Of a stretch of 64,000 bases of DNA, positions 48,515 to 59,705 are shown piece after piece. This stretch comes from Flavobacteriales bacterium (GTDB taxonomy: Bacteria > Bacteroidota > Bacteroidia > Palsa-965): assembly GCA_040377305.1 (NCBI GenBank), contig JBEIPA010000018.1, positions 32,001-96,000 on the forward strand. Reading direction: 5' to 3'. A model generated the notes under the pieces. It saw nothing but the letters and a program-made list of their open reading frames with translations. It did not search any database and was not told the DNA's origin. The position numbers and the translations under genes are program-made. Within the stretch, counting starts at the first letter, position 1, and each line of letters begins with the position of its first letter.

Positions 48515-49927
48515 ATGTCTCAAGGCCACATGGAAAATACGTACCAAAAGCTCATTGAACAAACCTTCAATTTTCCTCAGGAAGGCTTCAGTGTAACAGA
48601 TAACGAGCTGTATTTCAATGATATTCCCCTAAAAGACATTATCAAGAAATACGGCACTCCGCTAAAGATTACCTATCTGCCCAAAATCGGCGAACAAATC
48701 CAAAAAGCTAAGCGACTTTTCAATGTTGCTATGGCTAAAGTGGATTACAAAGGTAGCTATACTTACTGTTATTGTACCAAAAGCTCCCACTTCTCCTTCA
48801 TACTGGAGGAAGTACTGAAGAACGATTGCCACCTGGAGACCTCATCCGCGTACGATATTCACATTATTAAGGAGCTTGCAAAGAAGGGTTTGATGGACAA
48901 AAACAAGTTCATCGTGTGCAACGGATATAAGCGTAAACCCTACCAGTCGCTCGTTACGGAATTGGCGAATGACGGCTACAATATCCTACCTGTAATTGAT
49001 CACAAGACTGAAATCGACTATTATGCTAAGCATCTGAAAGCTCCAATGATGAAAATCGGTATCCGGATTGCATCAGAAGAAGAGCCGAATTTTCAGTTCT
49101 ATACGTCCCGCCTTGGCATCCGTCACAGCGAAATTGCCCAGTATTACAAAGATAAAATCGAGTCCAACCCTAAGTTCGAGTTGAAGATGTTGCATTTCTT
49201 CATTAACACCGGTATTAAGGACACTATTTACTATTGGACGGAGCTGGCTAAGTGTCTTAAAGTGTACCTGGAGCTCAAACGCATCTGTCCTACTTTGGAT
49301 TCGCTGAACATTGGAGGAGGTATGCCAATCAAGACATCTCTCGGATTCGAGTACGATTACGAATACATGATCGAAGAAATCATTTCCCAGATCAAGAATT
49401 TCTGCGAAAACCACGAGATTCAGGAGCCTAATATCTTCACCGAATTTGGTTCTTTCACCGTATCTGAAAGCGGTGCAGCGCTGTATTCTGTCGCAGATAT
49501 GAAGCATCAAAACGACCGCGAGCTTTGGTATATGATTGACTCGTCATTCATTACCACGCTGCCCGACACGTGGGGCATCAATCAGCGCTTTATTCTATTG
49601 GCAATCAACCATTGGGACAAGGAATATCAGCCGGTGAACCTGGGTGGAATGACCTGCGATTCGATGGACTACTACAATACGGAAGCACACGCCAATAACG
49701 TCTATTTACCAAAGGTTGCCACCAATGAAAAGGAGCCGTTATACATTGGATTCTTCCATACAGGTGCTTATCAGGAGTCGCTCGGTGGTTATGGCGGAAT
49801 TCAGCATTGCCTGGTTCCGGCTCCAAAGCATGTTCTGATTGACCGGGATGACAATGGCGTACTATCTACTCGCCTGTTTGCCAAAGAGCAGAGCTACAAA
49901 TCAATGCTGAAGACACTGGGCTATTGA
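48515..49927 (+). CDS. speA: Arginine decarboxylase (Bacteroidota short type, PLP-dependent)
   Basis: YCYCTKSSHF, ETSSAYD, LNIGGG, TEFG, TCDSMDYY, GAYQE. Confidence 0.9.
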   Translation: MSQGHMENTYQKLIEQTFNFPQEGFSVTDNELYFNDIPLKDIIKKYGTPLKITYLPKIGEQIQKAKRLFNVAMAKVDYKGSYTYCYCTKSSHFSFILEEVLKNDCHLETSSAYDIHIIKELAKKGLMDKNKFIVCNGYKRKPYQSLVTELANDGYNILPVIDHKTEIDYYAKHLKAPMMKIGIRIASEEEPNFQFYTSRLGIRHSEIAQYYKDKIESNPKFELKMLHFFINTGIKDTIYYWTELAKCLKVYLELKRICPTLDSLNIGGGMPIKTSLGFEYDYEYMIEEIISQIKNFCENHEIQEPNIFTEFGSFTVSESGAALYSVADMKHQNDRELWYMIDSSFITTLPDTWGINQRFILLAINHWDKEYQPVNLGGMTCDSMDYYNTEAHANNVYLPKVATNEKEPLYIGFFHTGAYQESLGGYGGIQHCLVPAPKHVLIDRDDNGVLSTRLFAKEQSYKSMLKTLGY

Positions 49928-50122
49928 AAATATGTTGATCTACTAATGAGGTAATGTGCTAATAGACAGTCGATCAAAAACTACTGGTTTATGGGGCGCG
50001 ACTAACTGTTGTTCACCCCAATTTGATTAGCACATTAGCAAATTAACCCATTAGCAAATTGATTTTATCTTTATCTTGTCGCGATTAATCGCAAATAGAC
50101 CACCCTTTATCGTAAGCCCCTC

Positions 50123-50809
50123 GTGAAGTTTTTGCAACCTTCCGTTTATTGTACCTTTCTGTTTTGCGTCTCTGCCTTTCTCTTTAATGGCTGCTCTGAA
50201 GACCTTTTCAATCAAAAATTGAAAGAAGGAATCATTGAATACAAGGCAGAACCTGTTAATGCAAAAGAGTCGATGGCAATGTGGGCTCCGGACAACATGG
50301 AAGTTAAGTTCAAAGACAATAAATGGTCTGCGAATCTCGAAGCCGGAATGGGTGCGATGAGAATGGATTTCATTTCTGATCCGGATAAACAAGAGTTCAT
50401 CAGCCTGGTTAGCTTCCTCGGGAAATTCTACAGCATAATGAAAGATGCCGAGATGGATTCCACCAACAAATATCTTCCGGAATACGAGGTTACTTACCCT
50501 GGCGATAAGAAATTAATCGCCGGTTATGATTGCGAAAAAGCGGTTTTGACTTTCAAAGACGGTTCTCCGGCTATGGAAGTGTGGTTCACAAAGGAGATTC
50601 AGGTCGAGAACCCGAACTGGGCAAACTGTTACTACAAAGTCGACGGAGTTCTAATGGATTACAACCTCCGCAAATTCGGTCTCGAGCTGCATTTCACCGC
50701 TACCAGTGTTTCCGAAGCAACAATTGATGCTTCTGTGTTCGAAATCCCAAGCGAATACAAGCAAAAGCCCAATTCTGAGCTGGAGCAAATGATGTCAGGC
50801 TTCTTTTAG
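50123..50809 (+). CDS. Lipoprotein, DUF4412/GLPGLI-like
   Basis: FNGC lipobox-like; KLIAGYDCEKA, VWFT, SVFEIPSEY. Confidence 0.65.
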   Translation: MKFLQPSVYCTFLFCVSAFLFNGCSEDLFNQKLKEGIIEYKAEPVNAKESMAMWAPDNMEVKFKDNKWSANLEAGMGAMRMDFISDPDKQEFISLVSFLGKFYSIMKDAEMDSTNKYLPEYEVTYPGDKKLIAGYDCEKAVLTFKDGSPAMEVWFTKEIQVENPNWANCYYKVDGVLMDYNLRKFGLELHFTATSVSEATIDASVFEIPSEYKQKPNSELEQMMSGFF

Positions 50810-51041
50810 CCAGTTCTCGGTACAGCTAAAATCTTCCCTAATAAATCTTCTGGCGCTTACTCGAACTGACAATACCGGTATCGAGATTGTCAGTCCGAGT
50901 AGCCATCACCATTTAGTTTGCCACAATTTGAGGCGTACCGAGGGATGGCAATCAACATCGGGACGTTAGTAAGAATAGCCTTCTTTCCCAGCGAACAATA
51001 AACCCCCTTCTACCTTTGTTAGATTAGCATAGCTACATCCA

Positions 51042-53666
51042 ATGGCAGAGAAGGAACCGGAAAAGAAAGGCAATCGCCTGCGTAACGAAATCAAGGAAAC
51101 CGGGAAGGAACCGGTTATCGAGAAGCCACGTTCACGCAAGAAGGTGGTTGAAGAGGTGGAGGAAGAAGAGGAGCCGGAACTTGCACCAAAAGCAAACAAA
51201 CCTCGCAATACCACTCAGAACACCGAGAAGGAAACTCCAAAGAAAGAATCCCGCAAAAAGAAAGAGAATTTCTTCGAGCGTATTCGCAACGACGAGAAAC
51301 TTCACAAGATCACGGGAACATTTCTTGTGTTCATTGTCACGCCCTACCTCGCGGTAGCATTCATTTCCTATTTCTTTACCTGGCAGGTCGATCAGGATAA
51401 AGTAATGGGTTCAACAGGCGATTTGCTTTTAGGCGATGTTGCTGTATCCAACATGCTCGGAAAATTCGGAGCACTGGTCTCTCACATTTTCATTCACAAC
51501 TGGTTTGGAGTAACGTCGTTCTGGTTTCCACTCCTTGCGGTTACTGCCGGTTTGAGACTGATGACCGGAAACGAAGTCCTTCCAATCAGAAAAATCTTTC
51601 GTTTCGGATTATTCTTCACCGTATTCGGATCTGTTCTTCTCGGTTATGCGTTTCGCAACCATTGGTTTTTCCCCGGTGGCGTTTTCGGATTTGAAATCAG
51701 TTCGTGGCTGAACGGAATTGTTGGTGCAATCGGCACAGGATTGCTGCTTTTCACAATCGCCGTTGGATTCCTCGTGGTTGTGTTCAATATCAATTTCGAC
51801 TTCTTCTCTAAGAAACCAGTGGAAGAAATTGCAGAAGTGGAACCTGAAGTTGAAGTGACGCGAAATAAACACAACGCACTGCTCGACATCGAAGAAGATG
51901 CGGAAGACGAAGATGAAGTTGAAGATGAAAGTATCTCAGAACCCATTCAGCTCAATCCGCAAATCACGGCCGAAATCGAAGAGGAGCCAGAACCTGTAGT
52001 TGAAGAAATTATCCCTGTTCCGGTTGCAACCGCTGTACTTACCAGTGATGATGGTGTGGAATTCTCTGTAGAGAAAACCGAAGAGAAACTGATGAGTGAT
52101 GATGATGTCGATCGCAAATCGAAAGAGCTTGTTGCTGAATTCGGTGAGTACGATCCAACGCTTGATCTTTCCGGCTACCAGTTCCCATCCATTGATTTAC
52201 TCGAAGCATATTCAACCGGAAGTGAGCCAGGCGTAAACGCAGAAGAATTAAATCTCAACAAAAACAGAATTGTTGAGACGCTCGGTAACTACGGAATTTC
52301 AATTGACAAGATCAAAGCAACGATCGGACCAACAGTTACGCTATACGAAATCATTCCGGCCGCTGGAGTTCGTATATCGAAAATCAAAAACCTGGAAGAC
52401 GATATTGCTTTGAGTTTGTCAGCACTGGGAATTCGTATCATCGCTCCTATTCCAGGAAAAGGAACGATTGGTATTGAAGTTCCGAATCAGAATCCGGAAA
52501 TGGTTCCGATGCGCGCACTCATTGCTTCGGAGAAATTCCAGAAGTCGCCAATGGATTTGCCGGTTGCATTAGGAAAAACTATCAGCAACGAAATCTTCAT
52601 CGCCGATCTTGCCAAGATGCCTCACTTGCTCATGGCTGGAGCTACTGGTCAGGGTAAATCAGTTGGACTAAACGCAATTCTCGTTTCGCTTCTTTACAAG
52701 AAACATCCTTCGCAAATCAAATTCGTTCTAGTCGATCCGAAGAAAGTTGAATTGACTTTGTTCAACAAGATCGAGCGACACTTCCTTGCAAAACTTCCTG
52801 ATTCTGCAGAAGCCATCATCACCGATACAAAGAAAGTCGTTCACACGCTGAGCTCCCTTTGTACAGAGATGGATACCCGTTATGATCTTCTCAAGGATGC
52901 ACAGGTCCGCAACCTGAAAGAGTACAACGCGAAATTCATCAGCAGAAAACTGAATCCGGAAAACGGACATCGCTTCTTACCGTATATCGTTCTTGTTGTC
53001 GACGAGTTCGCAGATCTGATCATGACTGCAGGCAAAGAAGTTGAAGCGCCAATCGCGCGACTTGCTCAGCTTGCACGTGCAATTGGAATTCACCTCATCA
53101 TTGCAACGCAGCGCCCTTCTGTAAATATTATCACCGGTACAATCAAGGCAAACTTCCCTTCGCGTATTGCTTTCCGTGTGACTTCGAAAATTGATTCGCG
53201 CACCATTCTCGACTCTGGTGGTGCAGAACAATTGATCGGTCGCGGTGATATGCTTTACTCGACAGGCAATGATCTGATTCGTTTGCAGTGTGCATTTGTT
53301 GATACTCCGGAAGTAGAAAAGATTACCGACTTCATCGGATCTCAGCGTGCGTACCCAAGTGCATATTTGCTGCCTGAGTTTATTGATGAAACAGCTTCGT
53401 CCAGCTCGGAGATTGATGAAGGCGATCGTGATTCATTGTTCGAAGATGCGGCAAGAATTATTGTTCAGCATCAGCAAGGTTCGGCTTCGTTGTTGCAACG
53501 TAAATTGAAATTGGGTTACAATCGTGCGGGTCGGATTGTCGATCAACTGGAGGCTGCCGGCATCATTGGACCGTTTGAAGGAAGCAAAGCACGCGAGGTC
53601 CTGATCAAGGATGCCTTGTCGTTAGAAGAAAAATTAGGGTCTGGTAAGAAGAATGATTTCACCTAA
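51042..53666 (+). CDS. ftsK: DNA translocase FtsK
   Basis: N-terminal TM domain, HLLMAGATGQGKS, DPKKVEL, ATQRPS, C-terminal gamma domain LGYNRAGRI. Confidence 0.97.
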   Translation: MAEKEPEKKGNRLRNEIKETGKEPVIEKPRSRKKVVEEVEEEEEPELAPKANKPRNTTQNTEKETPKKESRKKKENFFERIRNDEKLHKITGTFLVFIVTPYLAVAFISYFFTWQVDQDKVMGSTGDLLLGDVAVSNMLGKFGALVSHIFIHNWFGVTSFWFPLLAVTAGLRLMTGNEVLPIRKIFRFGLFFTVFGSVLLGYAFRNHWFFPGGVFGFEISSWLNGIVGAIGTGLLLFTIAVGFLVVVFNINFDFFSKKPVEEIAEVEPEVEVTRNKHNALLDIEEDAEDEDEVEDESISEPIQLNPQITAEIEEEPEPVVEEIIPVPVATAVLTSDDGVEFSVEKTEEKLMSDDDVDRKSKELVAEFGEYDPTLDLSGYQFPSIDLLEAYSTGSEPGVNAEELNLNKNRIVETLGNYGISIDKIKATIGPTVTLYEIIPAAGVRISKIKNLEDDIALSLSALGIRIIAPIPGKGTIGIEVPNQNPEMVPMRALIASEKFQKSPMDLPVALGKTISNEIFIADLAKMPHLLMAGATGQGKSVGLNAILVSLLYKKHPSQIKFVLVDPKKVELTLFNKIERHFLAKLPDSAEAIITDTKKVVHTLSSLCTEMDTRYDLLKDAQVRNLKEYNAKFISRKLNPENGHRFLPYIVLVVDEFADLIMTAGKEVEAPIARLAQLARAIGIHLIIATQRPSVNIITGTIKANFPSRIAFRVTSKIDSRTILDSGGAEQLIGRGDMLYSTGNDLIRLQCAFVDTPEVEKITDFIGSQRAYPSAYLLPEFIDETASSSSEIDEGDRDSLFEDAARIIVQHQQGSASLLQRKLKLGYNRAGRIVDQLEAAGIIGPFEGSKAREVLIKDALSLEEKLGSGKKNDFT

Positions 53667-53784
53667 GGAATTGGCTGAATTTCAGCGATTTCACCGCAAA
53701 AATTGTTAACAAGCTGCGTTCCCGCCAGCTCTGTTCTTAACTTTGGAACGCTTTTTGAATTCTCCTAGAAAACCAAATACCATA

Positions 53785-54507
53785 ATGAAAGCTCATTCAA
53801 TAATTTCCGGTCTCGCACTAGCAGCAATGATTGCCCTCCCTGCATCTGCTTTTGCTCAGACTAAGACTGGTCCTGATTACGATCCGAAAGCAAAGACAAT
53901 TCTTGATGGCGTTAGCGCTACTGCGAAAGCTTATTCATCAATCACGGCCAACTTCACCATTACCACTGAGAAACCAGGTGGCGTGAAAGAGAGTAAAACA
54001 GGAACTGTTATACTCAAAGGGAAGATGTATAAGATTATTCTGAACAGCAAAAATTCAGCGGGTAAAGATTACAAAGAAGAATATTACAACGACGGCACTA
54101 CGATGTGGACCTACAACGGTAATGACAACGAATGTCAGATCGATGCCGCACCGGATCCCGCGAAAAAGAAAAATGAAAACACCATTTCACCAACTGAAAT
54201 ATTCACGTTCCACGAAAAAGGATTCAAGTACACTTTCGTTGACGAGAAAACTGAAGGTGGAGTTGTTGTCCAAAACGTAAAGTTAATTCCTGAAAATCCT
54301 GACAAGAAAAACTATCACACGATCAAACTGAAGATCGACAAAGTGAAGAAGCAGATCATTAGCATTACTCAGTTGAATAAAGATGGTTCAACTACCACTT
54401 ATACTGTGAATACATTCACTCCGAATACGGTTTATACCGATGCAACTTTCAAGTTCGATAAAACGAAATATCCTGGTTGCACGTGCGTTGATCTTCGCGA
54501 CGAATAA
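53785..54507 (+). CDS. lolA: Outer-membrane lipoprotein carrier LolA-like protein
   Basis: Signal peptide, ITANF, NDGTTMWTY; downstream of ftsK. Confidence 0.75.
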   Translation: MKAHSIISGLALAAMIALPASAFAQTKTGPDYDPKAKTILDGVSATAKAYSSITANFTITTEKPGGVKESKTGTVILKGKMYKIILNSKNSAGKDYKEEYYNDGTTMWTYNGNDNECQIDAAPDPAKKKNENTISPTEIFTFHEKGFKYTFVDEKTEGGVVVQNVKLIPENPDKKNYHTIKLKIDKVKKQIISITQLNKDGSTTTYTVNTFTPNTVYTDATFKFDKTKYPGCTCVDLRDE

Positions 54508-54532
54508 CCAAAGCATTTACTAAGGGAATTGC

Positions 54533-54563
54533 AAAAACTCCGGCTCCAAAGGCCGGAGTTTTT
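54533..54563 (+). terminator. Intrinsic terminator
   Basis: AAAAACTCCGGC-TCCAAAG-GCCGGAGTTTTT. Confidence 0.85.
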
Positions 54564-54722
54564 GTTTGTATCATATTGATTATCAGTTTTGTCCGGCTTT
54601 TGTCCGGTTCGACGAATGCCTTGATTGCTTAGATCAATGACTATCAATGTTATACAAAGTTTGATGTTATTAAAAAGTCATGTAAACGCTTGATAGTGTT
54701 GCGTTTTCAAGCGATATTGCTT

Positions 54723-55142
54723 ATGCAAACCATAAACAATATGTTTTTAAGACCAACCTACATGCGATTCGCATGTGCTTTTGCTGTTTTATGTGCACTT
54801 ACGATTGCGTTCACATTCAAGGGAGAAGCGAAAGTCAATTCGAAATCTTCGGTCGCATTTGCGCAGAAGGAACTCATTCTGCAGATCCAGGGATTGACCG
54901 TGAAGAATTACACGGATGTACGCACAGCAATTGAAACTAATCCCGGTGTAACGTTTAAGGATTATTGCTTCAGTAACAACACCATCATGTATGTGATTGA
55001 TTCTGATCTGCATTCTGATTATCAATTCGTCGATAACGCACTTGCTCCGTTCAATCTCACTTACCTCGTGAAAGATGGAACGATAACACAGGTCCAGTCG
55101 AGCTGTGAAGATGTTCCTCAAGACGATAATTCAACAGAATAA
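54723..55142 (+). CDS. Small exported hypothetical protein (start uncertain)
   Basis: Hydrophobic N-terminal segment; stop 18 bp before the T9SS cargo gene. Confidence 0.6.
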   Translation: MQTINNMFLRPTYMRFACAFAVLCALTIAFTFKGEAKVNSKSSVAFAQKELILQIQGLTVKNYTDVRTAIETNPGVTFKDYCFSNNTIMYVIDSDLHSDYQFVDNALAPFNLTYLVKDGTITQVQSSCEDVPQDDNSTE

Positions 55143-55160
55143 TTTTCCGAAAGCACAAGT

Positions 55161-58100
55161 ATGAAAAAACTTTACGCATTATTATTCTTCGCTGGAATTT
55201 CTTCTACCCTCTTTGCACAAACTACGTTGATCAGTTCTACTGTCAACAACGGTGGATTTGAATCGGGTGCTGCTGGTTGGAACATTGTGAATGGAGCGCC
55301 GAACAATAAGTGGTTCATTGGCGCGGGCTTTCCCTGTGCGGGAACACAGAGTGCTTATATTGGGACAGCAGCTGGAAATAATAATTTCCAAGCTAATCAG
55401 GCTTCCGTCGTTCACTTATATCGTGATTTCACTTTTCCTGCGGGAGAAACGGACATTACTTTAACGTTTGATTTCAGAGGCATGGGAGAAGCGGGCGGTG
55501 GTGATCGCGTACGTGTGTATCTCGTTTCCACCGCAACTACACCTGTAGCAGGAACACAATTGGCAGTAGGACAAATTGGAGGTAGCTATTTTCAGACTGC
55601 TGCGTGCACAAATCAATCAATTACTATTAGTGGTACAGCAGCAGGTACAACACAACGCTTAGTATTTAGCTGGAGAAATGATGGTAATACAGGAACTAAT
55701 CCTGCAGGTTGCATTGACGATGTAACCATCATTACAGCTGTTCCTCCTGCTCCAAATTGCGCTGCATCGTATGCAACACCCATCAATGGTTCCGTGAATG
55801 TTTGTGAAACCACGGCGAACTTATCCTGGACTGCTCCGTCCTCAGGTGGTGCTCCGTCCGGTTACAAACTCTATTTCGGAACAAACAATTTCCCAACCAA
55901 TATTCATAATGGAACTAATCTGGGCTTAGTTACTTCATACAATCCGGGAGCCCTTGCATCGAACACAACGTATTTCTGGTGTATAGTTCCAACAAACGGC
56001 AGTGGTGACGCTGCAGGTTGTACGGTCTATTCATTTACTACCGGATCGTCAGGATGTTATCAGCATCCAACCGGAACACAAACGTTTAATGTTACGTCGT
56101 GCGGTGGAACTTACACTGATCCGGGAGGAGCCGGAAATTATACATCGAACTGTAATAGTGTAATGACTTTCTGTCCAAGTACACCGGGTCAGTACGTTCA
56201 GGCAACTTTCCTTGCACCTTTCGCTGTGGAGTCATGCTGCGATCTGCTAACTGTGTATAATGGTCCGACAACTGCTTCACCGGTTCTTGGAACGTATACT
56301 GGAAATACCATTCCTTGTTCAATTACTTCTTCAGATGCTTCGGGCTGTCTCACCTTCCATTTTGCTTCGGATGGAAGTACACAGTTAGCCGGATGGAATG
56401 CGCTGATCAGTTGTGTAGCTTCACCCGTGCCCGTTCTTGCAGGCAGTATCTGCGCGAATGCACCCGCTATTACAATGCCATTCTCCGCTTCGAATCAAAC
56501 CACTGCTTGTTATGGCAACGATTATAACAACGCAAGTTCGGGATCGTGCGGAACACTTTATGAATCGGGTGAAGACCGTGTTTATGAAGTAACCGTTGCG
56601 GCTTCCAGTTGCATTGGAATTTATTTGTCAAACTGCAGTTCATCGAACATCGGCTTCCAGGTTTATTCCGGTTGCCCGGGAAATCCAGGAACAGTTTGTA
56701 TCGGAAGTGCTGGCGGATCATCTCCGCTTGCTGGTAGCATAACATTGCCTGCCGCCGGAACCTATTACATCGTCGTTGATAGTTGGTCGGCACCTTCTTC
56801 TGTGAATTATAGTATTGCGGTAACTGATTATGGAACCGGACCAAGTAACGATTTACCATGCAGCGCAACGGCACTCGCGCTCAATGTTAACCTGAGCGGC
56901 GATAACGCGTGTTCAGGGTCTGCCAGTGAACCTGGAGCTGCGAGTTGTTTTACAGCCGGCAACTTAAATACAGTATGGTACTCCGTTGTGTGTCCTGCTT
57001 CCGGACAGCTTCGGATCCGTACAACTTTAGGTACACTGCTTAACACGCAGATTGCACTCTATTCCGGCACATGCGGATCGCTCACTGAGGTTGCGTGTAA
57101 CGACAATGCACCTGCGTGCGGAACATCGACTTACAACAACTCAGAAATTACTGTAACCGGATTAACCGCTGGTGCTACCTATTTCATCTGTGTAGACGGA
57201 ACCAACAACCTTACCGGAACTTTCGACATTCAGGCAGTTGACGGAACAGTTGGATTTCCTGCTATTGCAGGACAAGATTGTTCTTCACCAAATCCAGTTT
57301 GTGCTGCGAATGTTAATGTCGGAAATCCAGGTTATCAGGCTTACGGAAACATTTGTGATTTCCCGGGCGGCGGTGGAAATTGTCTGGCCTCAGGAGAGCG
57401 TGGATCTGTTTGGTACACAATTCCGATTAACGCGGCAGGTACTTTAGAATTCGACATCGTACCTAACGATTGGATCGGGGCACCAAGCACTGCAGGAACT
57501 GATTACGATTTCGCTGTGTGGAAGACAGCCGGAGCAGGTGCTGTAACGTGTGCAAACATTCAGGCGGGAGCTGTTCCGTTAGCATGTAATTACAGTGGAC
57601 TTGGCGTTACGGGTTGTGCGCCGGGTGGAAATGCACCTGCAGCATATCCTGGTTTTAATGGAGCTTACGAAGCTCCACTTGCAGTTGTAGCAGGTGAAGT
57701 TTACCAGTTGGTTATCTCAAACTTCTCCAACTCAACTTCCGGATTCACAGTCAACTTTAACATTGCTGCACCAATTAACTACACGGCTGCAGGATCAACG
57801 GTATCATGGACTGGTGGTACAAATACCGCATGGACTGTAGCTGCAAACTGGGGTGGTTGTACTCCACCGATTTGCGGAATCAGCGCAGTGGTCGGACCAT
57901 CTTCCAGTAACCAGCCTATACTCGTTGCAGGAAATTATTACGTGAATGATCTCACCATTAATCCGGGCGGAATCCTAACGCTGCAGGCAGGTGCTATACT
58001 GCACATCTGCGGAAATTTCACCAACTCGGGATCTATCATTGCAAGCCCAACGTCTACTATCATATTCGACAATGCCGCGGCAACACATACCATGACAGGA

Positions 58101-59555
58101 GCATTTGTTGGTAGCGACGCAATTGGAAATCTGACCATCACGCAAACAGGTGGATCAGTAATCCTTGCGAATAATGTTGACTTGAAAGGAAATTTCACCA
58201 CCAGCAACAACACCAGTATTCTAAACATTAATGGCAGATACCTCAAGGTTGCCGGCAATTTCATGAATAACGCCGGAGCTACTACTGTGATCAACACGGC
58301 TGCAAGTACGGTTGAGTTTAACGGAACGGGTGCGCAGACTTACAACCAGGGCTCTTCTATACTCACACTAAATAATGTTGTGATGAATAATAGTGGCACT
58401 GGCGTAACATGTGCCTCCCACATGATCCTCGGAACAGCTGGAACTTTAACTCTTACTGACGGTCCTATCATCACAAATGCATTTGAAGTTCAGGTAAGAA
58501 ATACAGCAAGCGCTGCATGTTCTCCCGGAAACGCAGCAAGCTTCGTGCGCGGAAATCTTCGCCGCTTTCTGAATGGTGCTGCTACATCTTATGATTTTCC
58601 GGTTGGTTCCGCAACTACAGGCTACCAACTCGCGAACATTACGTTCACAACAGCAACAACAATTCCTCAGTTGCTCGCGCGATTCGACAATTACGTACCA
58701 CCAACGGGACCTGCAGCCAATGAATGTCCCAACAACACCTACAACACGCTACCTTGTTTCAATAACGGGTACTGGACAATTTCAGCTAGTGCGAATCCGA
58801 ACAGTGGAACTTACACCACTACACTCTATCCAACCAATGTGAGTAACAACTCCGGGCTTGGCTGGACTGTTGTTAAAGGTGCAACCACGGCAACTTATGC
58901 GTTGAGCGGAACGTGTGCAGCAAGTACTGCGGCTCAGGTCATCCGAACAGGTATGAATGGATTCTCTGTGTTCGGAGTTGCGCAGTCGGCTTCTCCGTTG
59001 CCTGTTGAATTCATCTCCTTCACCGGAGTTGCACTCGATGAGAAAAATCAATTGTCGTGGTCAACTGCAACGGAAACGAACAACCAGTATTTCTACATAG
59101 AACGTTCTGATGACGGCGTGAACTTCACTACAATCGGACGTAAAGACGGCAATGGTACAACCAGCCAAATACACTATTACGCATTCGACGATTTCAGTCC
59201 GATCGAAGGAACGAACTATTATCGTTTGCGTCAGGTTGACTATAACGGAGCTGCCATGTATTCCGGAATTATTTCGCTTGATTTCCATCGCGGCCACATG
59301 ACTGTGACGAACGTGAAGCCAAATCCAACGAATGGTGAAGTGAATTTCGACTTTAACAGTCCGGTGGAAACGACGATTCACATTGTTATGACCGATGTAA
59401 CGGGTCGCGTGGTGAAAGACGAGTATGTAGTTGTTAATCCGGGTACCACTTTTGTGAACACCGTCATTGAAGAATCAGCGGCCGGAGTTTATACCATGAT
59501 TATTACTGAAGACAAAAATGCATTCCGTTCGGTAACCAGACTTGTTAAGTACTAG
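55161..59555 (+). CDS. Large Cys-rich T9SS type A cargo with FN3-like, CUB-like and beta-rich regions
   Basis: Signal peptide; LSWTAP..GYKLYFG; DPGG..NYTSN..FASDGS; PLPVEFISF..NYYRLRQVD..PNPT..GVY C-terminal domain. Confidence 0.88.
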   Translation: MKKLYALLFFAGISSTLFAQTTLISSTVNNGGFESGAAGWNIVNGAPNNKWFIGAGFPCAGTQSAYIGTAAGNNNFQANQASVVHLYRDFTFPAGETDITLTFDFRGMGEAGGGDRVRVYLVSTATTPVAGTQLAVGQIGGSYFQTAACTNQSITISGTAAGTTQRLVFSWRNDGNTGTNPAGCIDDVTIITAVPPAPNCAASYATPINGSVNVCETTANLSWTAPSSGGAPSGYKLYFGTNNFPTNIHNGTNLGLVTSYNPGALASNTTYFWCIVPTNGSGDAAGCTVYSFTTGSSGCYQHPTGTQTFNVTSCGGTYTDPGGAGNYTSNCNSVMTFCPSTPGQYVQATFLAPFAVESCCDLLTVYNGPTTASPVLGTYTGNTIPCSITSSDASGCLTFHFASDGSTQLAGWNALISCVASPVPVLAGSICANAPAITMPFSASNQTTACYGNDYNNASSGSCGTLYESGEDRVYEVTVAASSCIGIYLSNCSSSNIGFQVYSGCPGNPGTVCIGSAGGSSPLAGSITLPAAGTYYIVVDSWSAPSSVNYSIAVTDYGTGPSNDLPCSATALALNVNLSGDNACSGSASEPGAASCFTAGNLNTVWYSVVCPASGQLRIRTTLGTLLNTQIALYSGTCGSLTEVACNDNAPACGTSTYNNSEITVTGLTAGATYFICVDGTNNLTGTFDIQAVDGTVGFPAIAGQDCSSPNPVCAANVNVGNPGYQAYGNICDFPGGGGNCLASGERGSVWYTIPINAAGTLEFDIVPNDWIGAPSTAGTDYDFAVWKTAGAGAVTCANIQAGAVPLACNYSGLGVTGCAPGGNAPAAYPGFNGAYEAPLAVVAGEVYQLVISNFSNSTSGFTVNFNIAAPINYTAAGSTVSWTGGTNTAWTVAANWGGCTPPICGISAVVGPSSSNQPILVAGNYYVNDLTINPGGILTLQAGAILHICGNFTNSGSIIASPTSTIIFDNAAATHTMTGAFVGSDAIGNLTITQTGGSVILANNVDLKGNFTTSNNTSILNINGRYLKVAGNFMNNAGATTVINTAASTVEFNGTGAQTYNQGSSILTLNNVVMNNSGTGVTCASHMILGTAGTLTLTDGPIITNAFEVQVRNTASAACSPGNAASFVRGNLRRFLNGAATSYDFPVGSATTGYQLANITFTTATTIPQLLARFDNYVPPTGPAANECPNNTYNTLPCFNNGYWTISASANPNSGTYTTTLYPTNVSNNSGLGWTVVKGATTATYALSGTCAASTAAQVIRTGMNGFSVFGVAQSASPLPVEFISFTGVALDEKNQLSWSTATETNNQYFYIERSDDGVNFTTIGRKDGNGTTSQIHYYAFDDFSPIEGTNYYRLRQVDYNGAAMYSGIISLDFHRGHMTVTNVKPNPTNGEVNFDFNSPVETTIHIVMTDVTGRVVKDEYVVVNPGTTFVNTVIEESAAGVYTMIITEDKNAFRSVTRLVKY

Positions 59556-59575
59556 GTCTAACCGTCCTATTATCA

Positions 59576-59615
59576 GGCGTCCTGACAGTGTATACTCGTC
59601 AGGACGCCCTTTTTT
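59576..59615 (+). terminator. Intrinsic terminator
   Basis: GGCGTCCTGAC...GTCAGGACGCC followed by CTTTTTT. Confidence 0.8.
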
Positions 59616-59705
59616 CTTGCCAACGCACATATTTTTTGCGACCTTGTATCGTTATTGCTTTATGGAAAGTAGCTCCGCTTCGGCCCTGAAAGAGAGCAGC
59701 TTCAA

